Assembly: GCA_003166335.1 (NCBI GenBank)
Contig: PMWA01000093.1
Span: 1-11,857 of the forward strand
DNA from: Methanobacterium sp.
GTDB lineage: Archaea > Methanobacteriota > Methanobacteria > Methanobacteriales > Methanobacteriaceae
DNA: 11,857 nucleotides
Direction: 5' to 3'
Below are positions 1 to 9,098 of the stretch, one piece after another (position 1 is the stretch's first letter; every line of letters starts with the position of its first letter). Under the pieces are notes generated by a model. It had not been told where the DNA came from. It ran no database searches and worked only from the letters and a program-made list of their open reading frames with translations. The position numbers and the translations under genes were made by a program.

Positions 1-292
1 GTGCCTTATCTTTCAACTGGAAAACAGAGTGTAGCACCTGAAGCTGAAATATTACACGAAGTTAGACAGGCTACAATGAAAATCGCCAGAAGTCTACAGA
101 AATATTTGAGGGCTAAAAAAGCTGCTAAAGAAGAGGAACTACGTTCTAAAATCTTTGAGAGCCTGGTACCAGTAGTTATCAGAGAAGCAGCTTTGCTGGC
201 AGAAATAGATGTTCCAGAATACGATGCTGTACTAGCTAAGGTTACACGCAGAGCTAAATTTGAAAGTTTACAATTAAACAGTGAGGTTGAAG

Positions 293-300
<8 letters not shown>
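1..300 (+). CDS. top6B: DNA topoisomerase VI subunit B, C-terminal part (gene begins upstream of window)
   Basis: Frame open from base 1. [12 protein letters not shown]...[21 protein letters not shown] matches the TopoVI-B transducer region (PYxSxGKxS motif). Stop TAG at 298-300 overlaps the top6A start. Confidence 0.93.
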
Positions 301-1345
<1,045 letters not shown>

Positions 1346-1394
1346 AAATTCCAAGAAACTATTTTCAACCTTCACATAGTTTGAAAATAAAAAA

Positions 1395-1425
1395 TTTTTT
1401 TTCTTTTTTTTAAAATTTTTTTCTT
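1395..1425 (+). terminator. Putative oligo-T archaeal terminator of top6B-top6A
   Basis: Consecutive T tracts (TTTTTTTTCTTTTTTTT...TTTTTTTCTT) about 50 nt after the top6A stop. Confidence 0.5.
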
Positions 1426-1578
1426 AAATAAAATGATAAAATTTTATTATAATGAAAAATATAAAAATTTTATAGAATATTATTTATTTAGAACCTCAAT
1501 CTGAAAGTTTTTTATGGCATTTAAATATTCTCTATTGAGGTAACCACTCAAATTAGGGGTTGAATGGAGGTTTAATAT

Positions 1579-2598
1579 ATGAAGGCTGTGGGAATAAATG
1601 GATACGGAACTATAGGAAAAAGAGTGGCAGATGCCGTTTCTTGCCAGGATGATATGAAAATTGTGGGAGTTACGAAACGTACTCCTGATTTTGAAGCTAA
1701 AATGGCCGTGGAAAAAGGTTACGATCTCTATATAAGTGCTCCCGAAAGAGAAGGATTGTTCAAGGATGCTGGTATAGAGGTTTCAGGAACCATCAACGAT
1801 CTCTATGACCAGCTGGATATTATAGTGGATTGTACTCCTGAGGGCGTTGGAGCCCAGAATAAGGCAAATATCTATGAGAAGAAAGGACTTAAAGCCATAT
1901 TTGAAGGTGGTGAAAAACATGACCAGATCGGCCAGTCTTTCAACTCTTTCTCCAACTTCGATGACTCTATCGGAGCAGATTACGTAAGGGTGGTTTCCTG
2001 TAACACAACCGGATTATGTAGAACATTAAACCCTATCAAAAACTTGGCAGGTATAAAAAAAGTCCGTGCGGTGATGGTGAGGCGCGGCGCAGATCCTGGA
2101 CAAATAAAGAAGGGACCTATTAATGCCATAGTACCTAATCCACCCACAGTTCCCTCCCATCATGGACCAGACGTGCAAACTGTAATGTATGGCCTGAATA
2201 TTACTACTATGGCTTTACTAGTTTCCACCACCCTTATGCACCAGCATAACCTTATGGTTGAATTAAATAACTCTGTAGTGGTGGATGATGTAATTGATGC
2301 TCTAGAGAAAACTCCTAGAGTCCTTTTAGTTGAGGCTAGTAAAGGAATTGGTTCCACCGCGGAGATTATGGAATATGCTCGTGATGTTGGAAGACCTAGA
2401 GGCGATTTATTTGAAATAGCCGTGTGGAAAGAGTCTGTGAATATTGTTGAAGGTGAATTATATTATATGCAAGCTATTCATCAGGAATCAGATGTTGTAC
2501 CGGAGAATGTAGATGCTATACGAGCCATGCTAGAGATGGAATCTGACTCCGTTAAATCCATCGAGAAAACAAACAAGAACATGGGAATTATAGAATAA
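1579..2598 (+). CDS. gap: Glyceraldehyde-3-phosphate dehydrogenase, archaeal type II (phosphorylating, NAD(P)+)
   Basis: [16 protein letters not shown]ossmann start, VVSCNTTGL catalytic Cys, [35 protein letters not shown] at 1566-1570. Confidence 0.97.
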   Translation: MKAVGINGYGTIGKRVADAVSCQDDMKIVGVTKRTPDFEAKMAVEKGYDLYISAPEREGLFKDAGIEVSGTINDLYDQLDIIVDCTPEGVGAQNKANIYEKKGLKAIFEGGEKHDQIGQSFNSFSNFDDSIGADYVRVVSCNTTGLCRTLNPIKNLAGIKKVRAVMVRRGADPGQIKKGPINAIVPNPPTVPSHHGPDVQTVMYGLNITTMALLVSTTLMHQHNLMVELNNSVVVDDVIDALEKTPRVLLVEASKGIGSTAEIMEYARDVGRPRGDLFEIAVWKESVNIVEGELYYMQAIHQESDVVPENVDAIRAMLEMESDSVKSIEKTNKNMGIIE

Positions 2599-2610
2599 AA
2601 ATTTATACAA

Positions 2611-2626
2611 TTTTTTTAATTTTTTT
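2611..2626 (+). terminator. Putative oligo-T terminator of gap
   Basis: Two T7 runs (2611-2617, 2620-2626) 12 nt after the stop codon. Confidence 0.5.
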
Positions 2627-2952
2627 GGGGGACTTTAAAATATTTTTAAAAGTTAAGATTATTTTTTTTATAAATTTATCAAAATTTACAAATAGTTTCA
2701 TCCGAATTTTTTTTCTTCTTCAAAAGAATTGGTATAAATGGGATAATATAGGTTGGAATTTGGAAAAGTTATTTTTACATCTTTGTTCAGATGGAGTGGT
2801 GTATAAGTTCAATTAAATTTTGTCTATGAATAAAAATTTTAATATCTTATAACTAATTATGAGTAATTAAGGAGTAAAAGAAATAATCCTATAAATAGAA
2901 TATTATTAATAATATTAATTTATTCCTTAATCTTTTTATGCTAAATTCTGAA

Positions 2953-2968
2953 TAATATTTAAATATTA
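2953..2968 (+). promoter_or_regulatory. Candidate TATA box (TTTAAATA, 2958-2965) within a 16-bp palindrome upstream of the five-gene operon
   Basis: TAATATTTAAATATTA is a perfect palindrome containing a consensus methanogen TATA box about 22 nt before ATG 2987. The region is very AT-rich, so specificity is low. Confidence 0.35.
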
Positions 2969-2986
2969 CTAAATTTTGTGATAATA

Positions 2987-3862
2987 ATGCTTAGAGAAAT
3001 TTTAATTTCAATGCGACCTAAACAGTGGTATAAAAACCTGGTTATATTTATAGGAATAGCCTTTTCTTTAAATCTATTGAATATTAACTTATGGATTATT
3101 GTCATATCGGCTTTTTTCATATTCTGCCTATTATCCGGCAGTATATATCTTATAAATGATGTTTTTGATATTGAAAAGGATCGGAACCATCCTAAAAAGC
3201 GTGAAAGACCATTACCTTCAGGAAAATTGAAGCCTTATCAGGCCATTATAACTGCAACCGCATTCACCTTAATCGCCTTATTAGGTGCTTATCTAATAAA
3301 TCTGCCATTTTTCATTATTTCCGTGACATTCTTCCTACTGATAATGCTCTACAATCTATATTTAAAAAAATTCATTATTGTAGACATAATAGTTATATCA
3401 ACTGGTTTCGTTATAAGAGCTGTAGCCGGGGCTTTAGCTATAAGCGTCGTAGTATCACCCTGGTTAATTATATGTGCCTTTTTACTTGCCTTATTTTTAG
3501 CTTTAGGAAAGAGAAGACATGAATTATTTATGTTGGGAGATAAAGTTAATGAGCATCGTCAGAGTCTTGATAGTTTCTCAACTGAAATGTTAGATCAGAT
3601 GATTATCATAACAACCAGCACCTTGATCATGTCCTATTCTCTTTACACTTTCTTTACGGGCAAAATATTAATGATGATAACTATTCCCTTTGCTTTCTAC
3701 GGAATATTTCGATATCTTTTCCTTATTCACTCTAAGAATCTGGGTGGAGAACCGGAAATGATATTTAAAGATAAAGGAATGGTATTAAGTATTATTTTAT
3801 GGGCATTTGTAGTGTTCCTAGTACTTTATGTAAACATAGGGAGCATTTTAAATGTTAAATAA
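2987..3862 (+). CDS. UbiA-superfamily enzyme, polyprenyl(decaprenyl)-phosphate phosphoribosyltransferase-like subfamily
   Basis: MRPKQWYKN N-terminus, YLINDVFDIEKDRNHPKKRERPLPSG (NDxxDxxxD), GFVIRAVAG, ALGKRRHEL and YGIFRY. These motifs are typical of the Rv3806c/NoeC-like subfamily rather than DGGGP synthase. About 8-9 hydrophobic segments. Start ATG 2987 preferred; GTG 2978 is possible. Confidence 0.88.
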   Translation: MLREILISMRPKQWYKNLVIFIGIAFSLNLLNINLWIIVISAFFIFCLLSGSIYLINDVFDIEKDRNHPKKRERPLPSGKLKPYQAIITATAFTLIALLGAYLINLPFFIISVTFFLLIMLYNLYLKKFIIVDIIVISTGFVIRAVAGALAISVVVSPWLIICAFLLALFLALGKRRHELFMLGDKVNEHRQSLDSFSTEMLDQMIIITTSTLIMSYSLYTFFTGKILMMITIPFAFYGIFRYLFLIHSKNLGGEPEMIFKDKGMVLSIILWAFVVFLVLYVNIGSILNVK

Positions 3863-5543
3863 TCTGAAAAAGTCTAAAAGACTTGATCTTATAATTTCTC
3901 TTCTGATAACAGCTATCGTAGCCTTGACACGTATTCCATTTGTAAGCAAATTTTTATATGAATGGGATTCCGCCTCCTATGGGCAAGCATTTCAAAACTT
4001 TAATATAGCTCAGGGACAACCCCAACCTCCCGGTTATATATTATTCATAGCCCTGGGTAAAGTTGTGAATTACATATTCAATGATCCTAATACTAGTATG
4101 GTATTTTTAAGTGTGGCTTTCAGTATCTTAACTGCTGTACTAATTTATTTCTTTGTTAAACAGATTTTCTCGAGAAGGATAGCCCTCATTACTTCTATAT
4201 TATTAATATTTAACCCGTTATTTTGGTTCTACGGGGAAATCGCTAGTATTTATATTTTTGAAGCTTTCTTCGCGGTTTTAATAGCTTATCTATCCTATAA
4301 CGTATTAAAAGGTGATGGACGATTCCTCTACCTCTCAGCACTGGTTTTAGGTTTAGCGGGTGGATTTAGGTTAGATTTAGTGGAATTCATGTTTCCGTTA
4401 TGGTTGTTCAGTCTATGGTTTGGTAAAACTTCCTACTTTAAAATAAGTAAAGCCTTGATAGTACTAATTTTAGCGGTTCTATTATGGTTTATACCAACTA
4501 TAATTTCAACAGGAGGATTAGGAGAGTACCTACAACTGTCAGCAGCACAATCATCAGCTTCCACTATCACTTCAATTGTAGTGGGGGCCAGCCTCTCTGC
4601 TCAAGTAATAAATTCAGGACTCGCCACAGTCTGGTCTCTCTGGGGATTAACTATCTCTGGAATAATCATGATCCTCTTATTCCTAATTTATCATCACAGC
4701 GGTTGGAGAACCAAATTTATACCATACCTTAAAAATCCACTCAACATCTTCTTCATATTATGGATTGCTCCCGCTTTCTTATTTTACCTGATAATCTATG
4801 TAATAAAACCGGGTTACATTTTAGTATATCTTCCAGCATTAATGATCATACTGGGATATGTAGTAAATCGTCTTTCTCATGATTTGCATATCACATTCCC
4901 TAAAATTTCAGTTAGTTCCTTTTTAGTAACGCTTTTACTAATTGGAATTATAGTGAACTCCCTAATTTACTTCTACCCTTATAATCTTCACCAAGGTGAA
5001 ATATGGGAAACCCCACAGGATGAACTACATGGTTCAGAAAAAATTTTCTTTGAGATAAATGTCGGAATATTATATGATAACCAGAAGATTAAGGCAAATG
5101 ATCAAAATACTAATCTACATATTCAAACCATAACTAATCTATCAAGTTCAAATCCAAATAATACCATAATTGTTATTAGAGACATAAGTAGAGAAGATGA
5201 GGGCTTTGATTTTAGAAAAGCTATGTATTATCTACCCGATTATAATGTATATTACCTACTCGACTCTGAAAATTCACATATCACCAATAATACTGTAACA
5301 GTGTGGCATGGACAATATTACTCCTACAATATAACTTACGCACCAGTGGTAGTAATCCCATTAAATCAGTCCGTGCAACAGATTGTTTGGGTAATGAGTA
5401 ATCAAACCAATTTCTATCAGGAAGTACAGTCCCAAATAGGAGTGCAAACCATAAATTTACCTAATGGTTTAAATATTTACTATTCTGAGATTGGAAGCGG
5501 TCCAGTTAATCTTCAAATAGGCGGATTCATATTCAAGAGATGA
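3852..5543 (+). CDS. GT-C-fold integral membrane glycosyltransferase (ArnT/PMT/DUF2723-like)
   Basis: Acidic motif YEWDSASY in the loop after TM1, then QPPGYILF (compare HPPGY), FNPLFWFYGEIASIY and GLAGGFR. About 11-12 TM segments plus a soluble C-terminal domain. Overlaps the upstream gene by 11 nt. Confidence 0.8.
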   Translation: MLNNLKKSKRLDLIISLLITAIVALTRIPFVSKFLYEWDSASYGQAFQNFNIAQGQPQPPGYILFIALGKVVNYIFNDPNTSMVFLSVAFSILTAVLIYFFVKQIFSRRIALITSILLIFNPLFWFYGEIASIYIFEAFFAVLIAYLSYNVLKGDGRFLYLSALVLGLAGGFRLDLVEFMFPLWLFSLWFGKTSYFKISKALIVLILAVLLWFIPTIISTGGLGEYLQLSAAQSSASTITSIVVGASLSAQVINSGLATVWSLWGLTISGIIMILLFLIYHHSGWRTKFIPYLKNPLNIFFILWIAPAFLFYLIIYVIKPGYILVYLPALMIILGYVVNRLSHDLHITFPKISVSSFLVTLLLIGIIVNSLIYFYPYNLHQGEIWETPQDELHGSEKIFFEINVGILYDNQKIKANDQNTNLHIQTITNLSSSNPNNTIIVIRDISREDEGFDFRKAMYYLPDYNVYYLLDSENSHITNNTVTVWHGQYYSYNITYAPVVVIPLNQSVQQIVWVMSNQTNFYQEVQSQIGVQTINLPNGLNIYYSEIGSGPVNLQIGGFIFKR

Positions 5544-5581
5544 ATCTAAATCCCCCTTGAACAAAATGAGGTATAAAAAAA

Positions 5582-6223
5582 TTGAAATACGACTTACACA
5601 TTCACTCTAAGTATTCATCCGACGGCTACTGTGATCCCAGAGTATTAGTGAAGACTGCTATTAAAAAAAAATTGTCTGGTATAGCTGTAACTGATCACAA
5701 TACCATTAAGGGAGGATTAAAAACCATAAAATATCAAAACAACGATTTTCAGGTTATAGTCGGTTCAGAAATCAATACAGATCGAGGCGAAGTAATAGGG
5801 CTCTTTTTAACTGAAGAAATCAAATCAAATACCTTCATTGATGTGACGGAGGAGATTAAAGAACAGAATGGATTAGTAATCATTCCTCATCCCTTCGATG
5901 AAATCAGAGGTAATGGAATTAATCTCCAAAAAAAGGATGTCAAATCAGTGGATTTCGTGGAGGTTTTTAACTCCCGTTGTTTACTTCAAAAATATAATGA
6001 TAAAGCCCGTGAATTTGCCGTGGCAAATAATTTAAAATTTACAGCTGGTAGTGATGCTCACTTTGCAAATGAAATAGGAAAAGCAGGGATTATAACACCC
6101 GAAGAAGATTTAAGAGAATCGTTTTCCAAAGGTAATATGACTATTTTTGGGAATAAATCAAACCTCATTTATCTTGGTTTAACAAAGGTGCTGAAAATAT
6201 GGCGAAAGGCAAATTCTGGTTAA
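5582..6223 (+). CDS. PHP-family metal-dependent phosphoesterase (stand-alone)
   Basis: All PHP metal motifs present: DLHIHS..SDG, AVTDHN, GSEI, IPHPF, EVFNS, AGSDAH. TTG start with RBS GAGGT at 5568-5572. Confidence 0.92.
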   Translation: MKYDLHIHSKYSSDGYCDPRVLVKTAIKKKLSGIAVTDHNTIKGGLKTIKYQNNDFQVIVGSEINTDRGEVIGLFLTEEIKSNTFIDVTEEIKEQNGLVIIPHPFDEIRGNGINLQKKDVKSVDFVEVFNSRCLLQKYNDKAREFAVANNLKFTAGSDAHFANEIGKAGIITPEEDLRESFSKGNMTIFGNKSNLIYLGLTKVLKIWRKANSG

Positions 6224-7125
6224 TCATACTTTTTGCAGTAGTAGTCTACGTAATAATGGGTGTATATGCAAACTTCGGTAACCTTTTATCAGCTTTTGAG
6301 AAATTTAACTGGCTATTTTTACCTTTAATGCTTATATTAGTAACCTTAGCTTATTTTGTAAGATTTATCAAATGGAATTTCTTCCTAAGAAATGTTGATG
6401 TTCACCTGCCCCTTAAAGAAAACTTATTTGTATTCTTCAGCGGCCTATCCATGACCATAACACCAGCTAAAGCAGGAGAGATATGGAAAGGATGGCTTAT
6501 AAGAGAAATTAATGGAGAAAATTTGAGTAAAACTGTTCCTGTAGTGATTGTAGATAGAGTAACTGATGTTATAGGACTAATTATACTTTCGCTTACGGGA
6601 ATTTTATATTACAAAAGCGGAATTTACGTGTTAGTAATTCTGTTAATCTTATTCGCCGCCTTTATCGTAGCAATTAAATCAGAAACCATATCTAATCGTC
6701 TGATTTCAATACTAGAAACCCGAGCAGGAAGATACTCTGGAGATATAAAAGATATGCATAAAACATTCAAAAAAAGCCTTGCATCTAAATATTTAGTGGG
6801 AATGTCTTTAATAGCTGTTGTAGCATGGTTTCTGGAATGTCTATCAATCTATTTTGTAATCCAAGGATTTGGACAATCCATTAGTTTAGTGCTCTCCGTT
6901 TTTCTATACAGTTTCGCATCCATAGTGGGTGCTATAAGCCTGATACCTGGAGGTTTAGGCGTTGCAGAAGCAACTTTATCAGGTCTTTTAGTAGTTTTCG
7001 GCTTTAGCTCCAGTATAGCTGTAGGTGCCGCCTTAATCATAAGATTAGGGACCCTATGGTACGGGGCCATTTTAGGATTCTTAGTCTATATGATATTGAA
7101 AAAAAAATTTATCAATTCACAATAA
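6199..7125 (+). CDS. UPF0104 / lysylphosphatidylglycerol-synthase TM domain protein (putative flippase, AglD2-like)
   Basis: RFIKW, TITPAKAGEIWK, VIVDRVTD, SLIPGGLGVAEATL and AALIIRLGTLW are family motifs; about 8 TM segments. Overlaps the PHP gene by 25 nt; RBS AAGGTG at 6185-6190. Confidence 0.88.
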   Translation: MAKGKFWLIILFAVVVYVIMGVYANFGNLLSAFEKFNWLFLPLMLILVTLAYFVRFIKWNFFLRNVDVHLPLKENLFVFFSGLSMTITPAKAGEIWKGWLIREINGENLSKTVPVVIVDRVTDVIGLIILSLTGILYYKSGIYVLVILLILFAAFIVAIKSETISNRLISILETRAGRYSGDIKDMHKTFKKSLASKYLVGMSLIAVVAWFLECLSIYFVIQGFGQSISLVLSVFLYSFASIVGAISLIPGGLGVAEATLSGLLVVFGFSSSIAVGAALIIRLGTLWYGAILGFLVYMILKKKFINSQ

Positions 7126-7160
7126 ATTAAATAGTTGAAGCAAAAATGAAGGTTATGCAA

Positions 7161-8288
7161 ATGTCAATTGTATCCATACTAAAAACATCCCCCAAAACTA
7201 TTAATGAAGATTATAATCATCTAATGCACCTTGCAGAATACAAAAACCACATTTCTAAGGAAAAAAATACTATTTTGAAACTTAACTTGTCATGGACTCT
7301 TTATTATCCAGCCTGTTCCACACCACCTTGGCAACTTAATGGTGTTCTAAAGACTTTGAATGATGATAATTATCAGAATGTGGTAGCTGTTGAAAATCAG
7401 ACTGTAGTTACCCATCCCTGGAAAGGAGCGTACCTAAACAAATGGCTTCCCCTCCTAAAGGAGCATGAAATAGAATTTCAGCCACTCACCAATGTGGAAT
7501 GGACCAAATATCAACCTAAATTCGAGGTTATGGCTATGGATGAAATATTCAATGAAATACTGATTCCTAAAATGTTTAAAGACGCTAACATTATTCATTT
7601 CCCCACTGTTAAAACTCATGGTCACACTACAACTACTGGAGCTATGAAAAATGCTTTCGGAGGGTTGATCCCCAAATATCGTCACCATGCTCATAAAAAG
7701 ATTCATGAAATTCTAGTAGACTTACTTTCCATCCAACAGGAAATTCATAGTGGAATTTTTGCTGTGATGGATGGTTGTATCTGCGGCGATGGCGCCGGAC
7801 CCAGAACAATGGATCCTTATGTGGGAAATGTGATTCTCGCCAGTCAGGATCAAGTGGCTATAGACGCTGTAGCAGCTAGAATCATGGGATTTGAACCTCT
7901 CAAGATAGATTACATTAAAATGGCTCATGATAAAGGTTTAGGTATGGGAGACGTGGACCAAATAGAAATTAGAGGTTTGGAAGCTGCAGATTTTGGTAAA
8001 CTGAATTTTGGCTTCCAGACTAAGAAGAGTCCTGTAATAACTTGGGATCAACGACTTAGAAAGAAAACCATGGGTGTTAAATGGCTTCATCAGTTTTTAT
8101 TTAACTCACCGGTATTTAAAACATTTATTTTCGCTTCAGAATTTTATCATGATCGTTTATGGTATCCTATGACTGGTAAAAAGAATATAGAAGAGTTTAA
8201 AAAAAATGAATGGGGTGGACTGTTTGAAAAATATGAATATGGTCCATTTCCCGAATTTAAGGAAGTAAAAGAGTGGGATCCTTATTAA
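7161..8288 (+). CDS. DUF362 domain protein (no ferredoxin extension)
   Basis: ILKLNLSW, STPPW, PTVKTHGHTTTTGAMKNAFGG, DGCICGDGAGP and ASQDQVAIDAVAARIMGFEP are DUF362 signature blocks. Start ATG 7161 preferred (AAGGT at 7149-7153); 7146 and 7155 are alternatives. Confidence 0.85.
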   Translation: MSIVSILKTSPKTINEDYNHLMHLAEYKNHISKEKNTILKLNLSWTLYYPACSTPPWQLNGVLKTLNDDNYQNVVAVENQTVVTHPWKGAYLNKWLPLLKEHEIEFQPLTNVEWTKYQPKFEVMAMDEIFNEILIPKMFKDANIIHFPTVKTHGHTTTTGAMKNAFGGLIPKYRHHAHKKIHEILVDLLSIQQEIHSGIFAVMDGCICGDGAGPRTMDPYVGNVILASQDQVAIDAVAARIMGFEPLKIDYIKMAHDKGLGMGDVDQIEIRGLEAADFGKLNFGFQTKKSPVITWDQRLRKKTMGVKWLHQFLFNSPVFKTFIFASEFYHDRLWYPMTGKKNIEEFKKNEWGGLFEKYEYGPFPEFKEVKEWDPY

Positions 8289-8308
8289 TTTACAAAATAA
8301 ATCCTAAA

Positions 8309-8403
8309 TAATGAGAATAATAGAATATTCAATTATTATTATTTTTTATAATTAATATTTATGATTAAAGATTTATTTTTTTAAATTTTATTTATTCTCA
8401 TTA
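8309..8403. repeat. 12-bp inverted repeat bracketing the convergent intergenic region
   Basis: TAATGAGAATAA (8309-8320) and TTATTCTCATTA (8392-8403) are exact reverse complements, with a 71-nt AT-rich spacer. Confidence 0.6.
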
Positions 8404-8405
8404 AA

Positions 8406-9098
8406 TTATTTTTGGCAATAAAATCCAGCCTGCATATAAGAGAACCATAATAACTCAATTACCTCAAAACCAATTTCTCTAAGTAAACTAAGGTGTTCTT
8501 CTATTGTAATGGGAAAATATTCCATGTTAAACCTCATCAGATGTTTTTCCACGATTTCAGGATCTCTGCCACGGGATAACTGGAAATCTTTCCAATAACG
8601 TTTTCCAATTTCAACACCTTTCTGGGTGAGTGGTCTAATGTTTTCGAATGTAATATAGATACCATCTTCTTTTAAAAGATCGTAACAGATTTTTGTAGCC
8701 TTGATTCTATCTTGCGAGGAGAGATAATGGTGACACTGTATGGCAGTGATTATATCCATCTTTTCTTCAAGTTTATGGGGAAATTCTTGAGTTGGGGAAG
8801 GTTTTAAGAATATTAATCTGTCTTTAGATACATCTGATAATTTTTTTCTGGACTGATTTAGCATTTCCTTTGACGGGTCTGACAATAAAAATTTGGTATT
8901 TGGAAATACTTCGGAAGCTTTTTTGACGAGCGAACCGGTTCCGCAGCCTGTGTCCAACCAAGTTTTTGGCTCATTTGGTAATGATTTAATTAAATTAATG
9001 GTTTCCTGATGGAAATATGAGTAATATGGAATAGTGTCCTCAATTTGAGTGTCATATAAGTTAGATTTATGAGAGGTGATGTTGTCACGGTATTTCAT
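8406..9098 (-). CDS. Class I SAM-dependent methyltransferase (CmoA-like overall layout; substrate unknown)
   Basis: WLDTGCGTG motif I, LSDPSKEML motif II, DIITAIQCHHYL, LKEDGIYITFE. RBS GGAG about 10 nt upstream. Confidence 0.9.
   Translation of the reverse strand: MKYRDNITSHKSNLYDTQIEDTIPYYSYFHQETINLIKSLPNEPKTWLDTGCGTGSLVKKASEVFPNTKFLLSDPSKEMLNQSRKKLSDVSKDRLIFLKPSPTQEFPHKLEEKMDIITAIQCHHYLSSQDRIKATKICYDLLKEDGIYITFENIRPLTQKGVEIGKRYWKDFQLSRGRDPEIVEKHLMRFNMEYFPITIEEHLSLLREIGFEVIELLWFSYMQAGFYCQK

Noticed and set aside
1381..1490. A/T-run palindromes between top6A and gap
   Set aside because: Low-complexity A and T tracts, typical of intergenic DNA of this composition and explained by terminator/promoter context.
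2160..2357. 65-aa minus-strand ORF
   Set aside because: Antisense shadow within gap.
2625..2816. 63-aa + strand ORF after gap
   Set aside because: TTG start inside the terminator T tract, no RBS, and F/K/I/N-rich composition that simply reflects AT-rich intergenic DNA.
2987..3862. Calling the UbiA gene digeranylgeranylglyceryl-phosphate synthase or a quinone prenyltransferase
   Set aside because: The RPKQWxKN, HPxKxxRP and KRRxEL motifs and the glycosylation context fit the phosphoribosyltransferase subfamily better.
4484..4732. 82-aa + strand alternative-frame ORF
   Set aside because: Nested out of frame within the GT-C gene; composition is not protein-like.
6849..7928. Three short minus-strand ORFs (6849-7070, 7455-7706, 7722-7928)
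   Set aside because: Antisense shadows of the well-supported flippase and DUF362 genes.
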